A stretch of 44,212 nt of DNA from an uncultured Myxococcia bacterium (GCA_964617105.1 CAZTWC010000002.1:13138-57349); one strand, 5' to 3'. Positions 8,702 to 19,237 are shown, counted from the stretch's first letter. A program made the numbers and translations. The notes: generated by a model from the sequence alone, not told the origin.

Positions 8702-10020
8702 AGGTTACTCAACTGCAAATCATTATTTAATGTTTCATTTATTTTATCAATACCATACATTACAGAGGTGTGATGTTTTCCCCCTAACTTTTCACCAATA
8801 TCACTATAAGTCAAATTAAGGTGTTTTTGTAATAAATACATTAATATATATCTTATATTTACAATGGGTTTGTTCCTTTTTTTTGACATGATATCTTTTT
8901 TGTTTATTTTACCAAAATTGGATACCAAATCTAAAATAGTATCGAAATTTATATATTTTTTTCTTTGGGCCACAAATAATTCTAAGGCTTTTTTGGCAAA
9001 ATCTATATTTATGTTAACTTTGGACATATTTGCTTTAAATAATAAAGTATTGAGATACATCTCCAATTCGCGGACATTTTCCTTGGCATGGTTGGCAATA
9101 TAAAATAACACCTCATTAGGGATATATTTGTTGGCTAATTCTGCTTTTTTTGCCAGAATAGCCACCCTGGTTTCAAACTCAGGTACCTCAATATCGGTTA
9201 TCAAACCACAGGAAAAACGGCTCTTAAGCCTATCATCCAACTCTTTGAGATCTTGAGGAAGTTTATCGGAGGTTAAAACAATTTGTTTAAAATGCCGGTA
9301 TAAATAATCAAAAGTATGAAAAAATTCAATCTGGGTTTGGGTAGCCTTGGTTAAAATCTGAATATCATCTAGTAATAACACATCGCAATTGTTTCGATAT
9401 TTTTCACGAAACTGGTTGATTTTCCTATTTTTAAGAGCATGATTAATTAATTCATCCATAAATTGTTCACATTGGACATAAATAATTTTTTTCTTACTAT
9501 TTTTTTCATTTATTTTAAGGCCGATGGCGTTTAGAAGATGGGTCTTTCCCAGACCGGGTGATGAATAAATAAAGAGAGGATTATAAGAACATGGATTTTC
9601 AGCTACCGAAAGAGCAGCGGTAAAGGCAAAATTGTTACTGCTGCCTACCACAAAATTATCAAAAGAGAAGTTTTGGTTTAAGCCTTCAATCTCTGGTGAT
9701 ATCTTTGTTTTATTGGTAACTGGTTTATTTTTTTTATGGTTAGATGTATTAGAAGAGGAATTCTTATCATTGGATGAATCTGTTGGGATATATTCTATGG
9801 AAATTTTTTCGTTGATTATAGTTGAACCGATCTCAACCAAAAGGTTATGATAATCATTAATTATACAATTTTTTTGTAAATCATTTTTTAAATTGACTAT
9901 TAATATAAATTTATCGGCATCATAAGATTTTAATGAGGTATCAGAGAGCCAAGCTTCATATTCAAAGCCGGATATTTTAGGTTTTATTTCAGATAATATC
10001 TGATTCCATAGATCTTTCAT
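8671..10020 (-). CDS. dnaA: Chromosomal replication initiator DnaA
   Basis: FDNFVVGSSN, YNPLFIY, GLGKTHL, LLDDIQ, RLKSRF, NVRELE and a domain IV HTH. ATG at 10020 preferred (ORF track starts at TTG 10032). Confidence 0.98.
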   Translation of the reverse strand: MKDLWNQILSEIKPKISGFEYEAWLSDTSLKSYDADKFILIVNLKNDLQKNCIINDYHNLLVEIGSTIINEKISIEYIPTDSSNDKNSSSNTSNHKKNKPVTNKTKISPEIEGLNQNFSFDNFVVGSSNNFAFTAALSVAENPCSYNPLFIYSSPGLGKTHLLNAIGLKINEKNSKKKIIYVQCEQFMDELINHALKNRKINQFREKYRNNCDVLLLDDIQILTKATQTQIEFFHTFDYLYRHFKQIVLTSDKLPQDLKELDDRLKSRFSCGLITDIEVPEFETRVAILAKKAELANKYIPNEVLFYIANHAKENVRELEMYLNTLLFKANMSKVNINIDFAKKALELFVAQRKKYINFDTILDLVSNFGKINKKDIMSKKRNKPIVNIRYILMYLLQKHLNLTYSDIGEKLGGKHHTSVMYGIDKINETLNNDLQLSNLVEKIEKNLQ

Positions 10021-10035
10021 AATGAAACCCAAGAG

Positions 10036-10067
10036 TTTTCCACATTTTTTTCCAGAGATCTGGAAAA
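10036..10067. promoter_or_regulatory. DnaA box cluster upstream of dnaA (autoregulation or second half of a bipartite origin)
   Basis: TTTTCCACA at 10036-10044, plus inverted pair TTTTCCAGA (10048-10056) and TCTGGAAAA (10059-10067). Confidence 0.65.
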
Positions 10068-10191
10068 CATTTTTAAAAGGACAAACTAATACTGTAATAT
10101 CGATATATTAATCGCCTGGTTGATAACATTATTTTGAAGGAATAAAATATTATTTGCAAGTTCATACTTTAATTAACCTGTAAAAAATACC

Positions 10192-10221
10192 TTGACAAAA
10201 GCACGGAAGAATAAGTAAACT
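10192..10221 (+). promoter_or_regulatory. Sigma70-type promoter for the rpmH operon
   Basis: TTGACA (10192-10197), 18-nt spacer, TAAACT (10216-10221). Confidence 0.55.
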
Positions 10222-10297
10222 ATACGACTTTCCAAAAAGAATAGATCGAATTAATTATATCTCCAAACCTTAACAAAAGGGGATAAAGGAGGCTGAA

Positions 10298-10447
10298 TTG
10301 AAAAGGACATATCAACCGCATACCAGAAAAGGCCTTAAAAAACATGGATTTTTAAAAAGGATGAGTACCTCGGATGGCCGGAAGATAATTAATAAACGGC
10401 GAAGAAAAGGCCGGGTCAAGTTGGCAGTCTGTTTTACTAAAAAGTGA
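10298..10447 (+). CDS. rpmH: 50S ribosomal protein L34 (not in the ORF track)
   Basis: TTG start after AAGGAGG. Translates to [49 protein letters not shown]; GTGA overlap with rnpA. Confidence 0.97.
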   Translation: MKRTYQPHTRKGLKKHGFLKRMSTSDGRKIINKRRRKGRVKLAVCFTKK

Positions 10448-10800
10448 CCAGTGATCTTTCTCGACAATTTTATAAAAAAAATAGTAGAGTCAGGAAGAGA
10501 TCTGATTATAATCGTATAAAAAAACATAAAAATATTGTTAAAACAAAAAGTTGCATAGTTAACTTTGCAAAAAATCACTGTGAAGGTAAGCGACTAGGCC
10601 TGATAGTTACCAAAAAATATGGTAACGCTGTAACCAGAAATACAATAAAAAGAATAGTTCGAGAAATATTCAGAAAAAACCAAGAGTTATTTCCTGAAAA
10701 CCGAGACATTGTCTTTATTTTTACCCGCAAACTAAGAGAAATAAAATATAGAGAGTTGGAAATAGAGATCAAAAAGATACTAAAGCGGGTTCAAAATTGA
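10444..10800 (+). CDS. rnpA: Ribonuclease P protein component
   Basis: [28 protein letters not shown] (RNR motif); canonical position. Confidence 0.95.
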   Translation: MTSDLSRQFYKKNSRVRKRSDYNRIKKHKNIVKTKSCIVNFAKNHCEGKRLGLIVTKKYGNAVTRNTIKRIVREIFRKNQELFPENRDIVFIFTRKLREIKYRELEIEIKKILKRVQN

Positions 10801-11003
10801 AAAAGATTCTTATTTGGCTTATCACGATATACCAAAAATTTGTCTCGCCGCTATTTCCGCCTCGGTGCAGATTTGTACCTTCCTGTTCCGAATATTCAAT
10901 AGGCTGTCTTAAAAAATATGGGATTTTACTTGGGATTATCAAAACACTCTATAGAATAATCAGGTGTAATCCATTCTGCCGGGGTGGATACGATCCTCCC
11001 TGA
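10797..11003 (+). CDS. yidD: Membrane protein insertion efficiency factor
   Basis: YQKFVSP, CRFVPSCSEY, RCNPFCRGGYDP. Confidence 0.96.
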   Translation: MKKILIWLITIYQKFVSPLFPPRCRFVPSCSEYSIGCLKKYGILLGIIKTLYRIIRCNPFCRGGYDPP

Positions 11004-11034
11004 AGAAAAATATAGGATATATAGGATATAATGT

Positions 11035-12723
11035 ATGGAAAATAAACGAGTATTATTAACCATGATTATTTGCATGGGTATATTATTACTCTGGCAGATA
11101 TTGTTTCCTCCGCCAATACACCATAAGGATAAAGTTGCAGATAAACTAAAGGCTGCTCAAAACCAAGCGGCAGATAAAAATATTCTCGAGCAAAATAACC
11201 GGCTTAAAAACCAAAATGATATCACCATTAAAGAAACTGCCCAAAAAGAGGGGACTATTCCAGATAAAGAAGAGGCAAAAGAGGATATACCTGAAAAATA
11301 CAAGACCTATGAAAATCAATTATATTCAGTAAAATTAACAAATTATGGTGGAAAGATCATATCCTGGAAGTTGAAAAATTTTAAAGTCAATACGGAAAAA
11401 GATGCTGAATTGATAGAGTTGATAAATGGAGAAAAACTGGCGGAAGAATTTTTTACTGTGAACAGCACTTTAAATAGCCGTAACCTGTTTGATGGCCAGG
11501 AAAGATTTCGAGTGATTAATGACAACGAAAGCAAGGTTACTTATCAATATGAAAAAAATAATATAGTTCTTACCAAGGAATTTAATTTTATAGACCAGAA
11601 TTATTATGCTGAAATAAATATAAACCTAAAAAATAATAGCCAAGACGACCAGGTGATACAGAATAAATATGCCTGGGTAAAGGCGAGTAATAAAGTTAAA
11701 TTGATGCATGGAGATTCTGGCGCCCGGGAAGATAGCGGCGGCTTTTTAGCCCCACCACAAGAAGTTGCCAGGTTGCTCTGTTTTACCAGGGAAAACATTG
11801 AAGAGATAGAAGAGAGGGAGTTAACTCAAAGTAAATATGAAGGTAAAACCGGTTGGATAGCACAGGATACCCGTTATTTTATTAGTTCTATTGTAAATAA
11901 AGAAAAGCAGAAGGCTCAATGCCAATTTACTAAAGATGGTCAAGGTTATATAAATTCAAACCTGACCTTCCCCTCTATGAACTTAAAACCAGGTGAAATA
12001 GTATCTAAAACCTTTAAAATTTACCTGGGTCCCAAATATCTGGAAAAATTAAAAGAGATAGACAAGTCTTTAGAAAACTCCATTGATTTCTGGGTGGTGG
12101 GTTTTTTATGCAAGCCAATGCTGTGGCTATTAAAAACTTTCTATTCAATGGTTAATAACTGGGGTCTAGCCATAATATTTCTTACCATTGTCATCAAAAT
12201 ATTTCTATTTCCATGGACTCAAAAGAGTTTTAAATCCATGGAAGATATGAAGAAAATAAAACCTCTTATGGATGAAGTAAAAGAGAAATACGGCAAAGAC
12301 AAAGAGCGGATGAACCAGGAGATGCTCAAACTCTACAAGACTCATAAAATAAATCCCTTAGGTGGATGCCTGCCCATGCTTTTACAACTGCCGATTTATA
12401 TTGCCCTATATAGAGCACTCTACAGTTCGGTTGAATTGTATCATGCCGCTTTTGTCAATGGTTGGATAGAGGATTTATCCCAAAAAGATCCCTATTTCGT
12501 TCTCCCCATTGTTTTGGGATTAACCATGTTTATTCAGCAAAAAATGACTCCATCAACCCTGGATTCAGCCCAGGCCAAAATGATGCTATATTTTATGCCG
12601 GGTTTTTTTACTTTTATTATGCTTTATCTCCCGGCAGGTTTGACTCTGTATATTTTTACAAATACGCTGTTGGGGATTGTGCATCAATACTATATATCAA
12701 GAAAAAAACCAGTGCCAAACTAG
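11035..12723 (+). CDS. yidC: Membrane protein insertase YidC
   Basis: N-terminal TM, large periplasmic domain, YLGPK, NWGLAII, NPLGGCLPMLLQLP, DLSQKDP, PAGLTLY. Confidence 0.97.
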   Translation: MENKRVLLTMIICMGILLLWQILFPPPIHHKDKVADKLKAAQNQAADKNILEQNNRLKNQNDITIKETAQKEGTIPDKEEAKEDIPEKYKTYENQLYSVKLTNYGGKIISWKLKNFKVNTEKDAELIELINGEKLAEEFFTVNSTLNSRNLFDGQERFRVINDNESKVTYQYEKNNIVLTKEFNFIDQNYYAEININLKNNSQDDQVIQNKYAWVKASNKVKLMHGDSGAREDSGGFLAPPQEVARLLCFTRENIEEIEERELTQSKYEGKTGWIAQDTRYFISSIVNKEKQKAQCQFTKDGQGYINSNLTFPSMNLKPGEIVSKTFKIYLGPKYLEKLKEIDKSLENSIDFWVVGFLCKPMLWLLKTFYSMVNNWGLAIIFLTIVIKIFLFPWTQKSFKSMEDMKKIKPLMDEVKEKYGKDKERMNQEMLKLYKTHKINPLGGCLPMLLQLPIYIALYRALYSSVELYHAAFVNGWIEDLSQKDPYFVLPIVLGLTMFIQQKMTPSTLDSAQAKMMLYFMPGFFTFIMLYLPAGLTLYIFTNTLLGIVHQYYISRKKPVPN

Positions 12724-12763
12724 AAACTTCAAAAATCTTTCAAAACATAAAGAGGAATGAAAA

Positions 12764-13507
12764 ATGGAAGAAGAAGCGATTTACAAGGGAAAAAAATTAG
12801 ATGAGATCCTGGATACTATTGCCGAAGAAAAGGGAATTGCCCGAAAGGATATCACTTATGAGGTAATTGAGACCAAAAAAGGCTTAATACCTATGTTTGA
12901 CAAAATTTTGGTAAAATATATAGAACCAGATTCTATTGAATCAACCGAGAATGAAGATAATAAAATGGATGTTAGTGATGATGTGCAGGAAAAGTCAACT
13001 CCGGAAGAAGAAAAGAATCAATATAAAACTAACCTCAATAGAATAAAGACCGATGATCAGGCTGGAGAAGTAGAGAAAATCTTCAATGATATCAAGGAAC
13101 TTATGGATATTGACATCCAGGCGGAATTTAAAGAGTTAGATAGAAAAATCAGTGTGTATTGCCAGGGAAAAGATTTAGATATATTTTTTGGCAAGGGAAA
13201 GAGGAATATTAAGAGTATCCAATATATTATTGGAAAAATATTCAGTAGAAAAGTAGAACAAACCAAAAAAATAGTTTTTGAAAGGTTACATAATGAAACT
13301 GAATTGATGGATAAAGAGATGGAAGATATGGCCATTAGATTGGCTGAAAAAAGTAAAAATATTAAAAAATCTATTACCATAAATGCTCTTACCGCCAGGG
13401 AAAGAAAAATTATCCACATGAAATTAAAAGATATGGAAGGGATAAATACCAACAGTCAGGGAGATGGATTGTATAGAAGTTTGATGCTAATACCAGAAGA
13501 ACAGTAA
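12764..13507 (+). CDS. jag: Jag/EloR/KhpB RNA-binding protein
   Basis: Jag_N-like start, KH-like middle, ERKIIH R3H motif and SQGDGLYR end; lies between yidC and mnmE. Confidence 0.85.
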   Translation: MEEEAIYKGKKLDEILDTIAEEKGIARKDITYEVIETKKGLIPMFDKILVKYIEPDSIESTENEDNKMDVSDDVQEKSTPEEEKNQYKTNLNRIKTDDQAGEVEKIFNDIKELMDIDIQAEFKELDRKISVYCQGKDLDIFFGKGKRNIKSIQYIIGKIFSRKVEQTKKIVFERLHNETELMDKEMEDMAIRLAEKSKNIKKSITINALTARERKIIHMKLKDMEGINTNSQGDGLYRSLMLIPEEQ

Positions 13508-13680
13508 ACAGCAACCAGTAATTCTTTCCCTACCCTTCTAAAGCAATTATTGATGTAACCATCACAAAAAGACAGTTATACAACCATTTGACTTTTTATA
13601 AGTTTATCAAATATTAGTTGTAACCTATAATCCAATCTATTGACCGAATAATCTCGTTAAAACCAGTTTATGGAAAAGAT

Positions 13681-15009
13681 ATGTATGTAAACGATACAAT
13701 TGCCGCTATTGCCACGGGCAACGAAAATTGTGCCATATCTATTATTAGAATCAGTGGAGATAGAGCTATCCAGATTATAGAGCCTCTGGTTAGAAAAAAA
13801 TTAAAAAAGTATCAAGTCAACTACTGTGTATTAAAACATGGAGGCCGGAAATTAGATGAGGCCATTGTATTATATATGCCGGCGCCAAATTCCTATTCTG
13901 GTGAAGATGTTGTTGAGATTCACTGTCACGGCGGAAGGGAGAATACCAGAGATATCCTTGAAAAAATAGTTAACCAGGGTGCCCGTCTGGCTAAAAAAGG
14001 TGAATTTACCAGACGGGCATATTTAAATAACAAGATAACCCTTAATAAAGCGGAACTGATTAACAAACTTATCCACGTACAGGGTACCCTGCAACTTGAG
14101 GGTATTCGTAAATCTTTAGACCAGGGATTGAATAAACTATTTGATCAAGAAGAAGAGGAACTTGAAAAACTTATAGTTGAGGCAGAATATCAGATAGAAT
14201 TTAGTGAAGATGATGAAAATACGATAAATACCAATAAGATAGAATCGTTATTTAAAAAAACAAAAGAGGTATTAGTTAACAACGAAAATGAGCAATACAG
14301 TATTAAAAGGATAGTGATTATCGGGGAGCCCAATGTGGGAAAATCAACCATATTTAATGGATTATTGGGATTTGAAAGATCTATAGTAGATTTGGAGCCG
14401 GGCACTACCAGAGATATTGTTTCTGAAAAAATATCCAAAAATACACTGATCGTAGACACCGCAGGAATTAGAGAAACCAGTAATCGAGTTGAGAAAAAAG
14501 GGATCGAAAAAGTTAAAGAATTGTTAGATCAGGGAGATTTGATTATTTGGGTTTTTGAAAAGGGGAATTCCCAAAACTTAGATCAACTAAAAAAAATTAA
14601 ACAGAGTTTAAAAAACAAAAAAACAATTGCAGTTATAAATAAAAATGATTTAAAAAAAAATAGTTGTTTAGAGTTGGAGGATCTTTTTACAAAAAAGATT
14701 TTTATGTCGGCACTCTCTGAAAAAGATTTACAAAAATTAAAACAAAGAATTTTATTCGAAATTCAAAAGCAGACCAACTATTTTGCCATTAGCAGTTATC
14801 AAAAAATAATTATAATCGATTTGATAAAAAAAATAGAACAGTTTAAAAAGAGTTTTGATCAAGATATCCCGATAGTATATCTGGTTGAAGAGTTAAAAGA
14901 GATTAAAAATCAATTAAGACAATTAACCGGTAAAGAGGAACTATCCTCCAAGTATATGAGTGAAAACAGAATAGGTAAACTATTTGATAGTTATTGTGTG
15001 GGTAAATGA
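13681..15009 (+). CDS. mnmE: tRNA modification GTPase MnmE
   Basis: DTIAAIAT, SYSGEDVVEIHCHGG, GEFTRRA, GEPNVGKS, PGTTRD, DTAGIR, terminal CVGK. Confidence 0.95.
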   Translation: MYVNDTIAAIATGNENCAISIIRISGDRAIQIIEPLVRKKLKKYQVNYCVLKHGGRKLDEAIVLYMPAPNSYSGEDVVEIHCHGGRENTRDILEKIVNQGARLAKKGEFTRRAYLNNKITLNKAELINKLIHVQGTLQLEGIRKSLDQGLNKLFDQEEEELEKLIVEAEYQIEFSEDDENTINTNKIESLFKKTKEVLVNNENEQYSIKRIVIIGEPNVGKSTIFNGLLGFERSIVDLEPGTTRDIVSEKISKNTLIVDTAGIRETSNRVEKKGIEKVKELLDQGDLIIWVFEKGNSQNLDQLKKIKQSLKNKKTIAVINKNDLKKNSCLELEDLFTKKIFMSALSEKDLQKLKQRILFEIQKQTNYFAISSYQKIIIIDLIKKIEQFKKSFDQDIPIVYLVEELKEIKNQLRQLTGKEELSSKYMSENRIGKLFDSYCVGK

Positions 15010-16889
15010 ATTGTTTAGATTTTGATGTAATAGTAATCGGCGGTGGTCATGCCGGCTGCGAAGCAGCATATGCCTCTTCAAAATTAGGCAAGAGAACCGG
15101 CTTATTGACAATCTCTATCGATTTTATTGCCAAAATGTCATGTAATCCAGCCATTGGCGGTATAGCAAAAAGTCACATTGTCAAGGAGATTGACGCTTTA
15201 GGTGGTTTAATGGCCAAGATAACAGACCACTGTGGAATTCACTACCGAAAACTAAATACCAAAAAAGGACGGGCGGTTCAGGCCACCAGAGTTCAAACTG
15301 ATAAGCAGATGTACTCCAGAATAATGAAAAATTATTTGGAAACCTGCGAAAATTTATTTTTAAAAGAAGAGATAGCCGAAAAAATCAAGAAAAAGCGACA
15401 AGTATTTGAAATAACAACAAATGTTGGCAATACGTATGCCGCCAAAACCGTAATTGTTACTACTGGAACCTTTCTAAATGGGACCATTTATATTGGATTG
15501 AATAAATTTTCAGGCGGACGGTTAGGTGAAATGGCTTCAGAAAAATTGGCCCAATGCATAAAAGAATTTTCTCTAGATACAGGCCGGTTGAAGACCGGCA
15601 CGCCTCCGAGGATAAATAAAAAAACTATTGATTTTAGCAGAATGGATATTCAGCCGGGAGATGAACAGATAAAATCGTTATCTTTTTATGGGGAGTCAAA
15701 TTCCTTACCCCAGGTAAACTGTTATATATCTTACACTAATGAACAGACTAAAAAAATAATACTGGGAAACATGGATAAATCACCTTTGTATCAAGGAATG
15801 ATTAAAGGTATTGGCCCAAGATATTGCCCCTCAATAGAGGACAAAATTGTTCGTTTCAAAGACAAAAATCGTCACCAGATATTTGTGGAACCAGAGGGGT
15901 TAGAAAATAATGAGATCTACTTAAACGGCCTTTCAACCAGTCTTCCGTACCAGGTACAGTATGATATTATCAGGACAGTAAAAGGTCTTGAAAATGCAGA
16001 GATAATCAGACCAGGATATGCTATTGAATACGATTTTGTAAAACCCTATCAGTTAACCCATGGGTTAATGGTTAAAAAAATTCCAGGCCTCTTTTTAGCC
16101 GGCCAAATAAATGGTACCAGCGGATATGAAGAGGCAGGTTGCCAGGGTCTTATAGCCGGAATTAATGCAAGTCTATATATTGATAAAAAAAACCCTTTTA
16201 CCATCTCCAGAAGAGAGGGATATACTGGGGTTCTTATTGATGATCTGGTTACTAAAAGTACTGATGAACCTTATCGAATGTTTACTTCCAGGGCTGAATA
16301 TCGATTGTTGTTAAGAGAAAACAACGCTGATTTACGCTTAAGTGAAAAAGGTTATAATATAGGTTTGCTTGGTAGAAAAAGTTATAAAAGGATGAAAGAA
16401 AAACAACAGTTTATCTCTGAAACAATTGATATTATTAAAAAAACGAGAATATCACCTAATCAGGAAACCAACCAGATTATAGAAAAAATGGGTACCACTC
16501 CAATAAAAAAAAGTTATACTTTGGAAGAAATATTGAAAAGACCAGAAATAAAAATATCTTCCCTGGTTGAACAGTTTGATATTGTAAAACTAGTTAACAG
16601 CCAGTATTATAACTATTTGGAAGAGGTTGAAGAAGAGATTAAATACCAGGGATATATATTAAAAAAAGAGAGAGAAGATAGACAGAGAAAAAAATATAAC
16701 CAGGCAAAAATTCCAGAAGAGATTGACTATGACAGTATTAAAACCTTGAGCAATGAGGTAAAAGAGAAGATTAAACTTATCAAACCAACCACTATTTCTG
16801 AGTTATCCAATATAAGCGGGGTGACTCCATCGGCGGTCGATTATATAATAATTCATTTAAAAAATGACCAAACTTATAAAAATAATTGA
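15006..16889 (+). CDS. mnmG: tRNA uridine 5-carboxymethylaminomethyl modification enzyme MnmG (GidA)
   Basis: GGGHAGCEAA, MSCNPAIGG, RLKTGTPPR, GPRYCPSIEDK, AGQINGTSGYEEA, EPYRMFTSRAEYRL. Confidence 0.98.
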   Translation: MNCLDFDVIVIGGGHAGCEAAYASSKLGKRTGLLTISIDFIAKMSCNPAIGGIAKSHIVKEIDALGGLMAKITDHCGIHYRKLNTKKGRAVQATRVQTDKQMYSRIMKNYLETCENLFLKEEIAEKIKKKRQVFEITTNVGNTYAAKTVIVTTGTFLNGTIYIGLNKFSGGRLGEMASEKLAQCIKEFSLDTGRLKTGTPPRINKKTIDFSRMDIQPGDEQIKSLSFYGESNSLPQVNCYISYTNEQTKKIILGNMDKSPLYQGMIKGIGPRYCPSIEDKIVRFKDKNRHQIFVEPEGLENNEIYLNGLSTSLPYQVQYDIIRTVKGLENAEIIRPGYAIEYDFVKPYQLTHGLMVKKIPGLFLAGQINGTSGYEEAGCQGLIAGINASLYIDKKNPFTISRREGYTGVLIDDLVTKSTDEPYRMFTSRAEYRLLLRENNADLRLSEKGYNIGLLGRKSYKRMKEKQQFISETIDIIKKTRISPNQETNQIIEKMGTTPIKKSYTLEEILKRPEIKISSLVEQFDIVKLVNSQYYNYLEEVEEEIKYQGYILKKEREDRQRKKYNQAKIPEEIDYDSIKTLSNEVKEKIKLIKPTTISELSNISGVTPSAVDYIIIHLKNDQTYKNN

Positions 16890-17472
16890 ACAAATTTGTC
16901 AAGAGCAAAAAATATTCTTTGACAAATACGCAGTAGATCAATTTATCGAATATAAAAATCAATTAAAAAAGTGGAATAAAATCCACAATATAATCAGATT
17001 AGCCAATGATGAGCAGTTGATTAGTAGAGATTTTTGTGATTCAATAATATTGAAAAAGATAATTAACAAAGGAGAGAAAGTTGCGGATATTGGCAGCGGC
17101 GCTGGAATACCAGGTTTAATATTAGCCATATTTGAAAGAGATATAGAGGTGGATTTAATTGAGAGTAAAAGAAAGAAGAGTAACTTTCTAAAAGAGGTCA
17201 AAAGAGTTCTTAATTTAGATAACGTAAAAATAATAGATCAATACTTGAACAAAAACAGCAAATTAGATGATTATGACACGGTTATTTCCCGAGCGGCTAT
17301 GAAGTTTGATAAATATTTAGACGTTGCCAAGAAATTAATTAAATCAGATGGAAAAATAATTTATTATTCCAATGATTTAAACCCAATGAACCGTAAGGGG
17401 GCCGAAAAGATTATTTCCTATCAAAATAGATTTATAATAGTATACAAACCAAAAACAAATAATCGTTGTTGA
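16864..17472 (+). CDS. rsmG: 16S rRNA m7G527 methyltransferase (GidB)
   Basis: KWNKIHNI, DIGSGAGIPG, ESKRKK, SRA; follows mnmG. Confidence 0.93.
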   Translation: MTKLIKIIEQICQEQKIFFDKYAVDQFIEYKNQLKKWNKIHNIIRLANDEQLISRDFCDSIILKKIINKGEKVADIGSGAGIPGLILAIFERDIEVDLIESKRKKSNFLKEVKRVLNLDNVKIIDQYLNKNSKLDDYDTVISRAAMKFDKYLDVAKKLIKSDGKIIYYSNDLNPMNRKGAEKIISYQNRFIIVYKPKTNNRC

Positions 17473-17496
17473 CAATAGTTTAAAAACCAGGATAAT
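17469..17496 (+). promoter_or_regulatory. Candidate sigma70 promoter for parAB
   Basis: TTGACA (17469-17474, overlapping the rsmG stop), 16-nt spacer, GATAAT (17491-17496). Confidence 0.45.
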
Positions 17497-17515
17497 TGAT
17501 GTCAATATTATTAAT

Positions 17516-17531
17516 TGTTTCACGTGAAACA
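17516..17531. promoter_or_regulatory. parS centromere-like site
   Basis: Perfect 16-bp palindrome TGTTTCACGTGAAACA, the canonical chromosomal parS, 2 nt before the parA ATG. Confidence 0.95.
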
Positions 17532-17533
17532 TT

Positions 17534-18310
17534 ATGGCAAAAATAATAAGCATTGCAAATCAAAAAGGGGGAGTCGGAAAAACGACTACCGCCTTAAATT
17601 TATCAGCATCCTTAGCGGTGGCTGAAAAAAAAGTGTTACTGGTTGACCTTGATCCTCAGGGTAACTCCAGTAGTGGATTAGGGATAAATAACAAAGATCT
17701 ATCGGGTAGCATCTACGAATCAATAATAGGAAATAGAAAAATTCAAGATGTGATAGTAAAAACAGAAATACCCTATCTTGAAATTGTCCCATCGAATAAC
17801 CATCTAGCTGGTGCTGAAATTGAACTTGTAGGCCAATATTCACGAGAGTATAAACTTAAAAAGATTTTGGCTGCTATTTCGTCTAATTATGATTTTATAA
17901 TGATCGACTGTCCTCCATCATTAGGGTTATTAACCATTAATGGTCTTGCTGCTGCCAATTCTATTATTATTCCATTGCAATGTGAATTTTATGCTCTAGA
18001 GGGACTAAGCAACTTATTTAACACTATTGAATTGGTTAAAGAAAACCTCAATAATAAACTATATGTTGAGGGAATATTATTAACCATGTTGGACAAAAGA
18101 AATAATATTTGTAAACAGGTGGCAAAAGAAGTAAATGAATTTTTTGCTCAACAAGTAAACGTGTTTAAGACAGTAATTCCCAGGAATGTTAAACTGAGTG
18201 AAAGTCCAAGTTTTGGTAAACCAATAATTTTATATGACGTTAATTCTATAGGTTGTAAATGTTATTTGGAATTTGCCAAAGAGTTACTTGAAAAACTGGG
18301 TGAGGTTTAA
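17534..18310 (+). CDS. parA: Chromosome partitioning ATPase ParA/Soj
   Basis: [49 protein letters not shown]. Confidence 0.97.
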   Translation: MAKIISIANQKGGVGKTTTALNLSASLAVAEKKVLLVDLDPQGNSSSGLGINNKDLSGSIYESIIGNRKIQDVIVKTEIPYLEIVPSNNHLAGAEIELVGQYSREYKLKKILAAISSNYDFIMIDCPPSLGLLTINGLAAANSIIIPLQCEFYALEGLSNLFNTIELVKENLNNKLYVEGILLTMLDKRNNICKQVAKEVNEFFAQQVNVFKTVIPRNVKLSESPSFGKPIILYDVNSIGCKCYLEFAKELLEKLGEV

Positions 18311-18313
18311 GAT

Positions 18314-19237
18314 ATGAAAAAAAAAGTATTAGGAAAAGGGTTGGGAGCATTGTTTCCAGAAAAAAAAGAGATTTCTCTTAATGATGAAGATTTCAAAGAT
18401 GAAAATCTTAAAGAAGTAAATATTGAAGATATTGAGATAAATATATCCCAACCAAGGAAACTATTTGATCCGCAAAAACTAGAGGAATTGAAAAATTCTA
18501 TTGAAAATTATGGAGTACTACAACCAATAATTGTCAGGTATAATCCGGAGAGTGAAAAATACCTTATTATTGCTGGAGAACGGCGATATAGAGCTGCCAA
18601 ACTTTGCGGGTACCAAACCATTCCGGCGTTGGTTAAGAAGGATGAGGAAAAAAGGGATTACCAAATATCCCTGATAGAAAACATTCAGAGAGAAGATCTC
18701 AATCCTATTGAGAAGGCCAAAGCCTACGAAAAATTAATTCAAATAAACGAATATTCCCAAGAAGAAGTTTCTCTTCAATTGGGAATAAATAGAAGTACTA
18801 TTGCAAACAGTATAAGGTTGTTAAAATTACCAGACAAGATTAAAACCTATATTTGTGAAGGTAAAATAACTTCGGGACATGCCAGGGCAATTCTGGCTGT
18901 GGTAGAAGAAGATGGTCAAATAAAACTGGCCGACAAAATAATATCTGAAGAACTTAGTGTAAGACAAGCAGAAAAGTTATCAGGTGAAAATAATAAAAAG
19001 AGAAATAAAAAGAGCACCAAAAACGATAGGTTGCTAATGGTAAAAAAAGAGCATATTACTCAGATGTGCAGACTGCTTGAGAAAAAGTTTGACACTAAAG
19101 TAAAAATCAAAATAAAAGAAAACAAAAAAGGGACTAAGGGAAAAATTGAAATTGAATATTATTCTCCAGACGATTTTGGTAGAATTGTTACCAGGATTGT
19201 ACCAGAAATTGAATTTAGAAAAAATATCGGGGATTAA
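18314..19237 (+). CDS. parB: Chromosome partitioning protein ParB/Spo0J
   Basis: LGKGLGAL, QPRK, IAGERRYRA, ENIQREDLNPIE, RSTIAN, GHARA. Confidence 0.97.
   Translation: MKKKVLGKGLGALFPEKKEISLNDEDFKDENLKEVNIEDIEINISQPRKLFDPQKLEELKNSIENYGVLQPIIVRYNPESEKYLIIAGERRYRAAKLCGYQTIPALVKKDEEKRDYQISLIENIQREDLNPIEKAKAYEKLIQINEYSQEEVSLQLGINRSTIANSIRLLKLPDKIKTYICEGKITSGHARAILAVVEEDGQIKLADKIISEELSVRQAEKLSGENNKKRNKKSTKNDRLLMVKKEHITQMCRLLEKKFDTKVKIKIKENKKGTKGKIEIEYYSPDDFGRIVTRIVPEIEFRKNIGD

Noticed and set aside
13410-13418. Perfect DnaA box TTATCCACA
   Set aside because: A single copy inside jag coding sequence (it encodes IIH of the R3H motif), so it is explained by protein constraint.
13508-13680. jag-mnmE spacer as an alternative origin or ncRNA
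   Set aside because: AT-rich, but with only very degenerate box-like words, no trio array and no convincing structure.
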